DNA from: Thermodesulfobacteriota bacterium
Lineage (GTDB): Bacteria > Desulfobacterota > Desulfobacteria > Desulfobacterales > JAUWMJ01
NCBI GenBank assembly: GCA_034189135.1
Contig: JAXHVO010000125.1
Coordinates: forward strand, 29,371 to 93,370
Reading direction: 5' to 3'
DNA length: 64,000 nt
The first letter of the stretch is position 1; the number at the start of each line of letters is the position of its first letter. Below, in pieces: positions 17,816 through 27,767 of the stretch. The position numbers were made by a program, and so were the translations under genes. The notes below the pieces were generated by a model. It was not told where the DNA came from, searched no databases, and worked only from the letters and a program-made list of their open reading frames with translations.

Positions 17816-18985
17816 TTAAAACCGGGGTGATGCGGTCTGCATCTTTCTGGGGTATACAATCTCTTTTTTACCATCTTGCCATTGAATGATGATCGGATTA
17901 TGTCCGATCTGTTTGCCTTTATGATCCACCTTGAAGCGACCGATAACCGTAATTGTATCTAGTGACAGAATAAAATCTCTTATCCTGTCATGATTCAACG
18001 ACCGGCTATGGTTGATCGCCTTTTCCAGAATCTGGCAGCTGGCATATGCTGATCCGGCATGGTATGAAGGAAGTTTCCGGGAAAATGCCGTAAAGTCACT
18101 GATAAACTTTTCGGTTCCCGGGAAAGGAATTCGTTCATCCGGTTCCCACTGGGAAGGTCCAAACACTCCTTCGGACATATCCCCCGCTCGGTGGTAAAAA
18201 TCAGGGAGGGCCGGTGCAATGGTAAAACCCAGTACTTTTGGTCGGTATTTTGCCTCCTTCATCAAGCGAAGCAGTTCGAAGCAATCAGCGGGATAAGCAC
18301 ACAAAATGATTCCGTCTGGACCCATATCTTTGACCTCTTTTAAGAGTCCCGGAAGTTCTGCCTTTCCTGATTCATAACTCTTTTTATAACAAACCTTTAG
18401 GCCAAAGCGCTTGGCCCAGTCTTGGGCACCTTTTGCGGCATAAACATTGAAAGACGTTTTTTCATAAAGAATGGCCGCAGATTCTAAACCGTTGCGGGCC
18501 ATAAGGTCCATCAGTCCAATGAAATAACGTCCGGCCGGTGAATAAACACCAAAAATGTATTTGTACTGGCGTTCCCATATAATTTCGCCCGATGCACCGG
18601 AGGCCAGCATGACAAATTGATGGCGCTCACTGACCTCAGAAGCCACCAGGGTTAATGATGTGGAATAAGGAGAAAATACCAGATCCACCTTGTCCTCAGT
18701 AATCAGTTTTTCATAATAATGGCGCACAAGCTCCTTCTTGCTTTTGTCATCGTACAAAATCAGCTTGACCGGTCGTCCCAGGAGCCCGCCCCGCTGGTTG
18801 ATCTCCTTTTCCCAGAGCCTTATCCCATTTCGAATCATAAAAGAAGCTTCTTTATACTTCCCTTCTAAAGATACTGTTGCTCCAATGAGCACCGGCTTAT
18901 TTTCCGCGCTAAGAACAGCAAAAGACATGAAATGGATCCATATGAATAAAGAAATAAACACACCCTTGATAAATATACGCCACAT
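17816..18985 (-). CDS. Periplasmic ABC-type (LivK/Peripla_BP_6-like) substrate-binding protein, probably the sensor partner of the adjacent kinase
   Basis: Signal peptide, then LIGATVSLEGKYKE...GGLLGRPVKLILYDDKS, which is typical of branched-chain amino acid binding protein family members. Confidence 0.75.
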   Translation of the reverse strand: MWRIFIKGVFISLFIWIHFMSFAVLSAENKPVLIGATVSLEGKYKEASFMIRNGIRLWEKEINQRGGLLGRPVKLILYDDKSKKELVRHYYEKLITEDKVDLVFSPYSTSLTLVASEVSERHQFVMLASGASGEIIWERQYKYIFGVYSPAGRYFIGLMDLMARNGLESAAILYEKTSFNVYAAKGAQDWAKRFGLKVCYKKSYESGKAELPGLLKEVKDMGPDGIILCAYPADCFELLRLMKEAKYRPKVLGFTIAPALPDFYHRAGDMSEGVFGPSQWEPDERIPFPGTEKFISDFTAFSRKLPSYHAGSAYASCQILEKAINHSRSLNHDRIRDFILSLDTITVIGRFKVDHKGKQIGHNPIIIQWQDGKKEIVYPRKMQTASPRF

Positions 18986-19117
18986 GTAGCATCCTCCTTT
19001 GGAAAAATCTCCCAGTTCTGCAAGGTGGAATATACAAAACCATCACTATTACTATCGACAGATAGTAAAAAAACTTTAGAAATATAGCAACTATATTGAT
19101 TTATTTCTGGTTTAAGA

Positions 19118-19453
19118 TCAGGGGGAAAGAAGTACCTGTTCTCCGAATCGATCTGACAGGACTTTTGAAAGGGTGTCTGCAGCGGCTTGATCCTCAAACT
19201 CGACCATGAGTTCACCGTTGTCTCCGACAACGGGCTTTCCGTGTGTTTCAACAATCTCTAAAACTTCGGTGGGTTCAACCGTCCACCAGCCACGCGTTCT
19301 TAAAAGCAGTTCTTTTCCTTTAAAACGCCTTGGCGTTACCAGGTCGATATCTCTGAACCATGAATCCCAGCCGATTTGTGCCGGTGCTTTTAAGACCGGG
19401 CTCACCGGATCGTGGTAGATACGGCAGCGTCCAAACAGTCTTAGTCGGATCAT
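19118..19453 (-). CDS. Hypothetical protein (111 aa)
   Basis: Intact ORF whose ATG overlaps the stop of the upstream ORF in an ATGA overlap. I recognise no motif. Confidence 0.45.
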   Translation of the reverse strand: MIRLRLFGRCRIYHDPVSPVLKAPAQIGWDSWFRDIDLVTPRRFKGKELLLRTRGWWTVEPTEVLEIVETHGKPVVGDNGELMVEFEDQAAADTLSKVLSDRFGEQVLLSP

Positions 19454-19791
19454 GACAGCGCCTCAGTGATTATTTTTTCCAGCGCCTTGTTATTTGGCAG
19501 AACATGATCCGGCACATCAATGCCGACCGGCCTGAGTGCCTGCGCCAGGCAGAAAGCATACAACATCGCAGAGGCTTGTACATCCAGTGTCATGCCCTTT
19601 GAGGCAGCAAGCGGAAAAGACTTTCCAAACAGTTCCAGTGCTGTTTTACGGATATTTCGCAGTCTTTGGTCAAAGTGAGTTATTTTCAATTTTTCCAGCA
19701 TATCCCACTGGCATTTTTCCATGGCTGAAAATATTTTTCGCATCCTTTGAACGGATGGGTCGTGGCCAAAATCGTCGCTTTGAATTACCAT
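19450..19791 (-). CDS. Hypothetical protein (113 aa)
   Basis: Intact ORF translationally coupled to 19118..19453. I recognise no motif. Confidence 0.45.
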   Translation of the reverse strand: MVIQSDDFGHDPSVQRMRKIFSAMEKCQWDMLEKLKITHFDQRLRNIRKTALELFGKSFPLAASKGMTLDVQASAMLYAFCLAQALRPVGIDVPDHVLPNNKALEKIITEALS

Positions 19792-19885
19792 AGTGTTTTT
19801 TCTTTTGTCGTTAAAAATTTAAGCTGGAAAAATCAGCTCCTTCAATTACTTAATTGCCAGGCATTGAGGCACGCAATTTCGTAAC

Positions 19886-19979
19886 CTGAGGAGCGGACTG
19901 ATGTCCTTGATAAGCGGCTCTTTGGTTTTTAAAGATTGGCCTTCGGCTTTGTGTTTTTGCCTCGAGCGAAGCGCTCCTC
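19886..19979. repeat. Intergenic hairpin element containing a GAGCGAAGCG core
   Basis: tgaggagcg (19886-19894) pairs with cgctcctca (19971-19979). It contains gagcgaagcg, and a second aagcgaagcgat lies just downstream. Confidence 0.5.
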
Positions 19980-20029
19980 AAACGTTGTGTTCTTCAAGCG
20001 AAGCGATCGGTTTTACCGGCTTTTCAGCG

Positions 20030-20602
20030 TTATGCGTTTAATTCTTCCAAAAGCTCGGTTGATGTGCTGATTTTCAATAACGGGTAAAGCGGATTTCGTC
20101 GGTAAATATCCAATGTCTGGTCATGAAGGCTTTGGGTGAAAGCAGTCGAACAGTCTTCAACAATGACTGCCTTGAAATCATGACAGATGGCGTCCATGAC
20201 CGTGGTCAGGACACAGTAGTTTGTCGCTATTCCACCAACCGCACAAAGGGTAATTCCCCTTTCACGCAGCCAGTCTTCAAGTCCTGTTTTAAAAAATGCG
20301 GAAAACCTCGGTTTGGGAAGCCACAGATCTCCATCTTTGCGATCAAGTTCGTCAATCACTTCCGCTCCCTTTGTTCCAGCCAGGGAGTGGGGCGTCATTT
20401 TGCTTTTAAATATGAAATCCTGTTTATTAAAGGCATCGGTGGAAAAAACCACCGGCCACCCCCTGCTTCTAAAAGAACTGGTTAGACCGTTAATGGGATC
20501 AACAATCTGCCGGGCAAGGGGTGTAATGGGCAAATTCCGTTCATCGATAAAGTTATCTTTGACCATATCGATGATCAAGAGAGCCGGCTTTTCATGATGC
20601 AT
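20030..20602 (-). CDS. Isochorismatase-family cysteine hydrolase (nicotinamidase-like)
   Basis: PALLIIDMVKDNF N-terminus and the LCAVGGIATNYCV catalytic Cys region. Confidence 0.8.
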   Translation of the reverse strand: MHHEKPALLIIDMVKDNFIDERNLPITPLARQIVDPINGLTSSFRSRGWPVVFSTDAFNKQDFIFKSKMTPHSLAGTKGAEVIDELDRKDGDLWLPKPRFSAFFKTGLEDWLRERGITLCAVGGIATNYCVLTTVMDAICHDFKAVIVEDCSTAFTQSLHDQTLDIYRRNPLYPLLKISTSTELLEELNA

Positions 20603-20683
20603 TATTTCGAATGAATCCTTGTTTCATCTGCTTAGAAATTGTTTCAAAACCCATTTTGAGTATCTTTTTTGCCGGCTTTTGCT

Positions 20684-20785
20684 GCAAATTCTTAGTGAAG
20701 CAGAGCGTAAAAATGAAAGCTGTCTGAGTCCCGAGCGAAGCGAGGTCGAGTTCTTTCATTTTAGCAAAGCGAACTTAGAATTTGC
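20684..20785. repeat. About 100-bp imperfect palindrome with a GAGCGAAGCG core
   Basis: Arms gcaaattcttagtg...aaaatgaaag and ctttcatttt...cttagaatttgc flank cccgagcgaagcgaggtcgag. An adjacent hairpin tttgccg-aaag-cggcaaa lies at 20781-20799. Confidence 0.6.
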
Positions 20786-20843
20786 CGAAAGCGGCAAACA
20801 AATCGAAAAAGGGTTTTTAAACAGCTTCTAAGCACGATACTGC

Positions 20844-21062
20844 TTAATCAGTTGCCTTCTTCCTGGTATATATCGTTTTATATTTATCCGGCATTGCTTT
20901 CATACACGCGATGCAGCCGGACTCTTCATCAGGATTAAACGGTTCAAGGTGAACCTCAAAATCCATTTCCTCATACATTTCAACCACATCTGATAGACGC
21001 GGCTCATCATGTGTGGTCTGTTTTTCCCATCCCTGACTAATGAGCTTTTCTTCCCGGGTCAA
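20844..21062 (-). CDS. Small hypothetical protein (72 aa), coupled to the upstream FadB-like gene
   Basis: It starts 2 nt after the stop of 21065..23104. It is an acidic protein with a CIAC motif. Confidence 0.5.
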   Translation of the reverse strand: MTREEKLISQGWEKQTTHDEPRLSDVVEMYEEMDFEVHLEPFNPDEESGCIACMKAMPDKYKTIYTRKKATD

Positions 21063-21064
21063 TT

Positions 21065-23104
21065 TTATTTGCCTTTGAATTCAGGTCGCTTTCTGCCGGC
21101 GGAAGAAAGTCCCTCAAGTGCGTCGGCGGTGGAAAATATTTCGCTCAATCTTCCAAGTTCGATTTTCACGGCTTCAGCCATTGTTTTCCCCATCTGCTGG
21201 TCGATGATTTCATTTGCAAGTTTCAGCGCAAGGGGCGCCTTGTAACCGACAATCTTGGCTGTTCTGGCACCAAGTTCTTCCGGTACACCTCCCGGGGATT
21301 TTCCTGAAAGCAGCTTCTCAACGTTTTCTTTGTTGCATAACTGTGTCATCACTTGAAATTTTTCAGGAATTTCACGCTCAGCATACTTGTCTATCTTCCC
21401 TGCGGAAACGAGTTCTTTGATTGCCGATTCAACTTCGGCGGGTTCGACTAATTTGCTAACCACACCCAAATCAAAGGCATCTTTAGCCCCAACGGGGGCT
21501 CCGGTGAATGTATAGTATTTAGCCAGTTCAGGCCCTGTGTGTCGGGTAAAACGCAGCATGCCTCCTAAGCCCGGATATATGCCGATTCCGGTTTCGGGAA
21601 ATGCCATGGATCCTGCAGGGGTGGCAACGATGGCCTGACAGGATAGGGCCAGCTCGCTTCCACCACCAAGGGAAAGTCCGTCTAAAAGTGCGATGGTCAG
21701 CTTTTGGGAGTTTTCAATCCTGAGGAAAAGTTCATGCCCTTTTCTGGTAAATTCAACGATGTCAGAAACTTTATCGGCCTTTATGTTTTTAACAAAATAA
21801 CGGATGTCCGCCCCTGCAACAAATGCCTTTCCTGCACCCTCAAAAACAATGGCATCTACCGCCGGATTTTTCTCCGCTTCGGAAAAACGCGCCTCAAGCT
21901 GGGAAACGACCGCCTCGTTTAAAGCATTCATTGCCTCTGGACGGTTTAAGGTGATATATGCGATGTTGTCTTTTATATTGAGATCGACAAAGTTAAAGGC
22001 AAACGCCTGCCCCAGCTTCTTTTGTTTTACCAGGATTTGCGGCATGTTAAAATCTGGATAAATTTTGCTAATGGCTTCCACATTTTCATAGGTTTTGTCA
22101 ATGCCGATCCTGTTCATCAGTTCGAATGGGCCGAAAATCCATCGCAATCCGATTTTTGCCCCACGGTCTGTATCTTCTATGGAGGCAACACCTTCATCCA
22201 CCAGGGCTGCCGCTACGCCAAGACACACACCGTTGAACCGGTCCACAGCCGTCTGGATCCTGGATTCGTCCACTTCGCCTTCGATATCCCAGTTTTCTCC
22301 TTTTTCCATCTGTTTTTTAAGGATTTCACATGGGGCATAAAAAGGGCCAAGCTCATCACCAAGGGTGGTTGCGGTATGCACTGCGATTGGGATACCGGTG
22401 ACATTCATAAGCAAAAAGGGACCCATGTCTATCTTAAAGGCACGCTTGGCGGCTTCTTCGATAGTGGGGATACCAGCCACACCTTCTTCAAGCATACGGG
22501 CCGCTTCATTTAAAAATGGTACAAAAAAGCGATTGACCGCAAATCCCGGTGCGTCTTTTACAAGAATGGAAGTTTTGCCGTGAAGCTTTGCTGCAAGAAG
22601 TGATTTCTCAATGGTTTCATCGCTTGTGGTTTGGTGAGGGATGACTTCAAGGAGGCGATTTTTGGCCGGATGAAAGAAATAGTGGAGCCCGATAAAACGA
22701 TCCGGACGGGAGGTCAGCTCGGCAAAGTCACGCACAAAAAAACTTGAAGTGTTGGTGGCAAGGATCGTCTTGTCCGAGCAAATTTCATCGAGCTTTTTAA
22801 AAAGATCGGATTTTACCTTTTTATCTTCAAACACCGCTTCGATCACAAGATCTGCATCGGCAACTTCCTTAAAGTCGATTGTTCCTTTGATTCGAGAGAG
22901 TGTGTCTTCAACCTGTTGAGGCTTAAAAATCTTCCGTTCCACCCCTTCCTCGAGCAGGCCTTTAATAATTCCTAGACCGCGCTGAACAAACTCGTCCTTC
23001 ATGTCTACCATTACCACATTTATGCCTTCCTGAGCTATTTTTTGAGCAATACCGCTTCCCATATTGCCCGCACCTATGACGCCTATTTTGTTAATTTGAG
23101 CCAT
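21065..23104 (-). CDS. Bifunctional 3-hydroxyacyl-CoA dehydrogenase / enoyl-CoA hydratase (FadB-like, dehydrogenase domain N-terminal)
   Basis: N-terminal IGVIGAGNMGSGIAQ Rossmann motif and 3HCDH domains, with a C-terminal crotonase domain (ITLNRPEAMNALN...GADI). Confidence 0.85.
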   Translation of the reverse strand: MAQINKIGVIGAGNMGSGIAQKIAQEGINVVMVDMKDEFVQRGLGIIKGLLEEGVERKIFKPQQVEDTLSRIKGTIDFKEVADADLVIEAVFEDKKVKSDLFKKLDEICSDKTILATNTSSFFVRDFAELTSRPDRFIGLHYFFHPAKNRLLEVIPHQTTSDETIEKSLLAAKLHGKTSILVKDAPGFAVNRFFVPFLNEAARMLEEGVAGIPTIEEAAKRAFKIDMGPFLLMNVTGIPIAVHTATTLGDELGPFYAPCEILKKQMEKGENWDIEGEVDESRIQTAVDRFNGVCLGVAAALVDEGVASIEDTDRGAKIGLRWIFGPFELMNRIGIDKTYENVEAISKIYPDFNMPQILVKQKKLGQAFAFNFVDLNIKDNIAYITLNRPEAMNALNEAVVSQLEARFSEAEKNPAVDAIVFEGAGKAFVAGADIRYFVKNIKADKVSDIVEFTRKGHELFLRIENSQKLTIALLDGLSLGGGSELALSCQAIVATPAGSMAFPETGIGIYPGLGGMLRFTRHTGPELAKYYTFTGAPVGAKDAFDLGVVSKLVEPAEVESAIKELVSAGKIDKYAEREIPEKFQVMTQLCNKENVEKLLSGKSPGGVPEELGARTAKIVGYKAPLALKLANEIIDQQMGKTMAEAVKIELGRLSEIFSTADALEGLSSAGRKRPEFKGK

Positions 23105-23297
23105 GTGGCCTCCTCTTTTATGTGACTTGTTCCATGTTGCGTGTTACGAGTTTGGAGTTGTGGGTAATGAGTTGAAAATCTATTTGAATATTTTCTGGGC
23201 AACCCGAAACGCGTGGACCGTAACGATTTATAAGATACAAAAATAAGTTGTTGCAAAACAAAGCTGATAAGTTAGCTTGTAGGGCTGTTCAACTGTA

Positions 23298-24074
23298 TTA
23301 TTTGTTTTTCCAGTCAGGCCTGCGTTTTTCTTCAAAACTCATTATACCCTCAAGCGTATCTTCGGTTTTCATCAGAGTATTGAGGAAAAGGTCACTTACC
23401 TGCTGCACTGATACTTTAAAGTCCAATCCAAGATTTTCCCTGACTGCAAGTTTGTTCAGGCGGAGAATAAGCGGACTGTTGGTTTTTATTTCGCCAATCA
23501 GTTTTTCAAGGTCTTCGGTGAATTGGTCATCATCGACCACCTGGGTAACAAAACCGATGGCGCGGGCTTCATCCGCAGAATAAATCCTTCCTGTGGTACA
23601 GACTTCAATGGCCTTTGCCGGGCCCACAAGTTGGGGCAGTCGTATAGCCGCATAAGGGGGAAGGAAACCAATTTTAACTTCCGGCTGCCCGAACTTGGCA
23701 CTTTTACCGGCAAGAACCATATCACACGCAATGGCATACTCCATTCCCCCGCCAAGGCAGGCGCCATGAACCGCGGCAATGGTCGGTACTTCAATTGCAT
23801 GGATCAGTTCAAAAGAGCGGTTAAATGTGGCTATCATGTCATGCACCATGTCCGGTTTATGATCACCAACTTCCACACCTGCACACCAGCTTCTTCCCTC
23901 GCCAAGAAAAACAACACATTTAAGATCATTGTCATTGGCAAGCTCTTTTAGCATGGCGTTGAACTCATTCATCATTTCAATATTAAATACATTGTGCTTC
24001 GGTCTGGCAAAAGTGATTCGCGCAACACCATCAGCGATTTCGACCTTTAAATATTTAGATTCAGACATAATCAA
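23298..24074 (-). CDS. Enoyl-CoA hydratase/isomerase (crotonase) family protein
   Basis: 258 aa with ARITFARPKHNVFN, WCAGVEVGD and GGGMEYAIACD motifs. It could be a dienoyl-CoA hydratase (dch) but cannot be assigned from sequence alone. Confidence 0.8.
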   Translation of the reverse strand: MIMSESKYLKVEIADGVARITFARPKHNVFNIEMMNEFNAMLKELANDNDLKCVVFLGEGRSWCAGVEVGDHKPDMVHDMIATFNRSFELIHAIEVPTIAAVHGACLGGGMEYAIACDMVLAGKSAKFGQPEVKIGFLPPYAAIRLPQLVGPAKAIEVCTTGRIYSADEARAIGFVTQVVDDDQFTEDLEKLIGEIKTNSPLILRLNKLAVRENLGLDFKVSVQQVSDLFLNTLMKTEDTLEGIMSFEEKRRPDWKNK

Positions 24075-24202
24075 TTTCCTTTGAATAAATTATTCCGTAA
24101 TTTATTGGTTCATGGCTGATAGCTGACAGTCAATCGCCTGTCCGCCGCAGGCGGATTACTATAAGCTATGAGCTAAGAGCTCTTTGCTTTCTGCCTTTCT
24201 TT

Positions 24203-24637
24203 TTAAGCCTTTTGAAAAACATAATTCAACTGCTCATTGGATGTCTTATTCACCACCGTTTTCATTTCCATACCGATTTCGATTTCACTTTCAGCCACTT
24301 CTTTAGCAATTCTCCCGAATACTTTATACTTTCCGTAATCCAGCAGTGCAATGTTATAGGGCACGTCATCTTGAAAACCGACCGGTGCAAATTTCAGTTC
24401 ACTGTAAGTTAATAGTTTTCCTGTTCCTGAAACTTCAAACCATTCCACGTTGCTTGCCAGACACTGATAACAATCTGACCTGGGCGGAAAGAAAACAAGA
24501 CCGCAGTCCTTGCACCGGGTACCCATAACCTTGCCGCCCTCCAGAAAGTCAATAAAATCATTTGTTTTCGTGATGGAGGTAAAACTTACCGTGCCAAATT
24601 TCTTAAACCGATCGTCCACCTCTTTTTTTTTCCCCAT
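24203..24637 (-). CDS. DUF35 OB-fold / zinc-ribbon protein (thiolase partner, BbsA-like)
   Basis: Rubredoxin-like CxxC...CxxC (CKDCGLVFFPPRSDCYQC) followed by an OB fold. It lies immediately downstream of the thiolase-like gene. Confidence 0.75.
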   Translation of the reverse strand: MGKKKEVDDRFKKFGTVSFTSITKTNDFIDFLEGGKVMGTRCKDCGLVFFPPRSDCYQCLASNVEWFEVSGTGKLLTYSELKFAPVGFQDDVPYNIALLDYGKYKVFGRIAKEVAESEIEIGMEMKTVVNKTSNEQLNYVFQKA

Positions 24638-24640
24638 TTT

Positions 24641-25807
24641 CTACCTCCCTAATATGGAAACATTTCCGTAAAGACCCACACCGCCAATATTATGAACCAG
24701 TCCGATTTCCGGGTTTTTGACCTGGATATCTCCGGCTTCGTCTCTAAGTTGTAGCACAATGGTTCTGATCTGTGAACCGCCTGTAGCGCCTATGGGATGC
24801 CCCTTGGATAAAAGCCCACCATCGACATTCACCGGTATGCTGCCTTCTTTGTATGTTTCTTTACCCTTAATCAGTTCTTTTCCTTCTCCTGGTTTGGCAA
24901 ACCCAAGATTTTCATAGGCCATCATTTCCGCAATGGTAAAACAATCGTGTACCTCTGCCACGTCAACATCTTTTGGCGAAATCCCTGCCATTTTGTAAGC
25001 CTGATCTGCTGCATGCTGAGCGGCAGAAAGACCGGTAAACAAATCCCTTCCCGCTAAATTTACACTGGTGGTCGCCGCACCTAAACCCAGTATCCAGACC
25101 GGTTTTTTACAAAGGGCTTTGGCTTTTTCTTCGCTTGCGACGATGACGCATGAACTTCCGTCTGCATTTGCGCAGCAGTCTCCTACCCGAAGCGGACTGG
25201 CCACAGGTCCGGCCATCCTGTTTTCAGGATCTGAAAACATTTCAAAGGTTACCGGCTTGCGGTAAACGGCCTTTTCATTAAGCTGGCCGTAAGTGGCTGC
25301 TTTTACCCTTATACGAGCCAGATCATCCAGCGTTGTCCCGTATTTTTCCATGTGCGCCTTTGCATACATGGCATAATAGGCAGGCATCATCGTCCCAAAC
25401 GGGCTTTCCCACTGGATATCAGCGCCACGCCCCATCCGCTCCTGAGATTCAGACGATGATATTTCCGACATTTTCTGAAACCCGATCACCGCCACCACAT
25501 CATGAAGGCCTGATTTGACAAGGGAATAAGCAAGCTTTAAACCCATACTACTTGATGAACACAGGCTTTCCACATAAAAAGTGGGCTGGGGGTTAAGTCC
25601 CAAGTATTCAGCAAAAACTCCCGCAGGTGACCGCTGTTTGTCATACTCAGGAGCGCTGCAGATAACAGATGCATCTATATTCTCTGTTTTTATCTGTGCA
25701 TCCTTCATTGATTCTTTAAATCCCTCAAAGGCCAGCTCCCTGATTGACCCCGGATAACTCCGGACAAAGCTGCTTTGACCCACACCTATGATTGCTACTT
25801 TTCCCAT
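24641..25807 (-). CDS. Thiolase-like (SCP-x / BbsB-type) acetyl-CoA acyltransferase
   Basis: 388 aa with a thiolase fold (CSSSSMGL active-site Cys region and a C-terminal GHPIGATG motif), paired with DUF35. Confidence 0.8.
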   Translation of the reverse strand: MGKVAIIGVGQSSFVRSYPGSIRELAFEGFKESMKDAQIKTENIDASVICSAPEYDKQRSPAGVFAEYLGLNPQPTFYVESLCSSSSMGLKLAYSLVKSGLHDVVAVIGFQKMSEISSSESQERMGRGADIQWESPFGTMMPAYYAMYAKAHMEKYGTTLDDLARIRVKAATYGQLNEKAVYRKPVTFEMFSDPENRMAGPVASPLRVGDCCANADGSSCVIVASEEKAKALCKKPVWILGLGAATTSVNLAGRDLFTGLSAAQHAADQAYKMAGISPKDVDVAEVHDCFTIAEMMAYENLGFAKPGEGKELIKGKETYKEGSIPVNVDGGLLSKGHPIGATGGSQIRTIVLQLRDEAGDIQVKNPEIGLVHNIGGVGLYGNVSILGR

Positions 25808-25824
25808 AGATCACCTCTTTTTGT

Positions 25825-25944
25825 TAACTCAAGTCTTGCACCCTGGACTTCCGTGACTATCAAGACGGTAATGGCTAAAAATAATATTTTTAGTTATTAC
25901 CGTCTAACGTTTTTGATAAATGAAAGAGTGTGAAACTTGAGTTA
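25825..25944. mobile_element. MITE-like repeat, family B, copy 2 (compact 120-bp hairpin)
   Basis: taactcaagtcttgcaccctgg ... agagtgtgaaacttgagtta with sub-terminal gacggtaat inverted. It belongs to the same family as 15191..15490. Confidence 0.7.
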
Positions 25945-26009
25945 TAAAATTAAATTTCATAGCTGATTGCTAACAGCAAAAACAAGAAACACTTCTTGCT
26001 CTTAATTGA

Positions 26010-26759
26010 TTAAATATATTGTCCTCCATCAACCTTGATCACTTCACCGGTAACATGTTTGGCCTTATCCGATGCCAGGAAAACGACTACATTTGCAAGA
26101 TCCTCCGGTTGGCCGACACGCTTTAACACGATTTCGTTCATCGCCATATCGATGATTTTGTCACGGGAGTCTGATTCTTTCAGCATGGTGGTCTCAATCA
26201 GTCCCGGTGCCACCGCATTGACGTTTACGTTGAATGCGCCCAGCTCTTTTGCTACGGCCTTGGTAAAACCAATGATTCCGGCCTTGGAAGCGGAGTAGTT
26301 GGATTGCCCGAATTTACCTCGCAGGCCGTTTATGGATGTAATGTTGATAATTTTCCCGTATTTCCGATTTTTGAAAATCGGGGCGACCTGGCGGGTAAAA
26401 TTAAAATAGCCTTTTAGGTTGACCTCGATCACGCGGTCCCACTGTTCTTCTGACATTTTCCAGGATACGCCGTCCCAGTTCATTCCCGCGTTGTTTACCA
26501 GGATGTCAATTCCGCCAAACTCGTCGATGGCTGTTTTAACAACGCTTTCGGCTTCAGAAAATGAGGAAATGTCGCATTTGACTGCAAGGGCTTTTCTGCC
26601 CATTTGGCGTATTTCCTCGGCATATTTTTTAGCCTCGGTATCGTGCTTACGATAGGTCAGGCATACATTTGCGCCTTCGCGGGCAAGTTCTAAAGAAGCA
26701 GCGGCCCCAATCCCTTGTGAGCCTCCGGTGACCAACGCATTTTTACCTTCTAAAAGCAT
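26010..26759 (-). CDS. Short-chain dehydrogenase/reductase (FabG-like 3-oxoacyl/3-hydroxyacyl reductase)
   Basis: TGGSQGIG cofactor motif, NNAG, and the YSASKAG catalytic Tyr/Lys. Confidence 0.85.
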   Translation of the reverse strand: MLLEGKNALVTGGSQGIGAAASLELAREGANVCLTYRKHDTEAKKYAEEIRQMGRKALAVKCDISSFSEAESVVKTAIDEFGGIDILVNNAGMNWDGVSWKMSEEQWDRVIEVNLKGYFNFTRQVAPIFKNRKYGKIINITSINGLRGKFGQSNYSASKAGIIGFTKAVAKELGAFNVNVNAVAPGLIETTMLKESDSRDKIIDMAMNEIVLKRVGQPEDLANVVVFLASDKAKHVTGEVIKVDGGQYI

Positions 26760-27039
26760 TTTTTTCTCCTTGTTTTATCTCTATTTGCCGGTTTTGTTAA
26801 AGTTAAATTGAAGCTACATTACAGCTACTTTTTAACTTAGTCAAGAAAAATAGTATTTGACGATTTTAAAGAATTCATTTCTTCGGTTTCTTCTTCAAAA
26901 CCATCCCATATTATAGCTATGCATTGATGTCTGACGGTCAGACGAAAAAAGCAAAGAAGGTTTTAACGCAGCGCATCGAAGGAAACCCGCAAGATAAAAT
27001 TACAATAAACAGATTGAAAGTAATACAACATAACGGTTT

Positions 27040-27747
27040 TTACTTTTTTTTCATTCCATAGCAGTATTGATTGCAAATATCAGCATTGGAACAATATTGG
27101 CACATGGTTCCAACTTTATGATCAGGATACTCATGACCCATCCCTATTATGGATGTTACTGATTTAAAAGGCTTTAAAACAGAAGCCTCATTGATTTGAA
27201 CACCTATTAAACCTGGGTCAAGTATTTTTGTTATCTGTTTTTGACCCAAAAGAGACCAGCCTTTTAAAGAACCAGGACTTAAAATGCCACCCACGCCCCA
27301 TGATCTTTGCGCGGCTTCTTTCTCTACAATTTTATTTATAATATCTCCTGTTTTCCCAAGCATTAAAACACCGATAGAATCAAGAAGATAAGATTGTAAA
27401 TAATTACCGGCCTTGTTATTTTTATCACTTTCTTTATCAATGGCTCCACCAATTGTATACAGAAATACAAAAATCATTTGTGCAGGTTTTAGAAGATTGA
27501 CATTTGAACCTATATTTAAAACATATTCTTCCTTGGAGTTGCTCCCTTTAACCTGTAAATTTGTATGATTTATTTCTTCCACCTGCATTAACTTGTAGAC
27601 AATTGCCGGGGTGCAAAGTTTACATGCTTTACTAAAAGCTTTTATCGCCTCTTTTTTTACCGCATAAGTTATGTTGGTATCCTTTTTAAGAAAATTTAAT
27701 AGTTCGTCAATGGAAAAATCAATTTTTATGTTATCTAAAACAGGCAT
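27040..27747 (-). CDS. Stand-alone vitamin B12-dependent methionine synthase activation-domain-like protein
   Basis: YLLDSIG...LSPGSLKGWSL..Q..I...L......IGVQINEASVLKPFKSVTSIIGMG matches the Met_synt_B12 pattern. A Cys-rich C-terminus is present. Confidence 0.65.
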   Translation of the reverse strand: MPVLDNIKIDFSIDELLNFLKKDTNITYAVKKEAIKAFSKACKLCTPAIVYKLMQVEEINHTNLQVKGSNSKEEYVLNIGSNVNLLKPAQMIFVFLYTIGGAIDKESDKNNKAGNYLQSYLLDSIGVLMLGKTGDIINKIVEKEAAQRSWGVGGILSPGSLKGWSLLGQKQITKILDPGLIGVQINEASVLKPFKSVTSIIGMGHEYPDHKVGTMCQYCSNADICNQYCYGMKKK

Positions 27748-27767
27748 GAAGAATTTTGTTCATGGAG

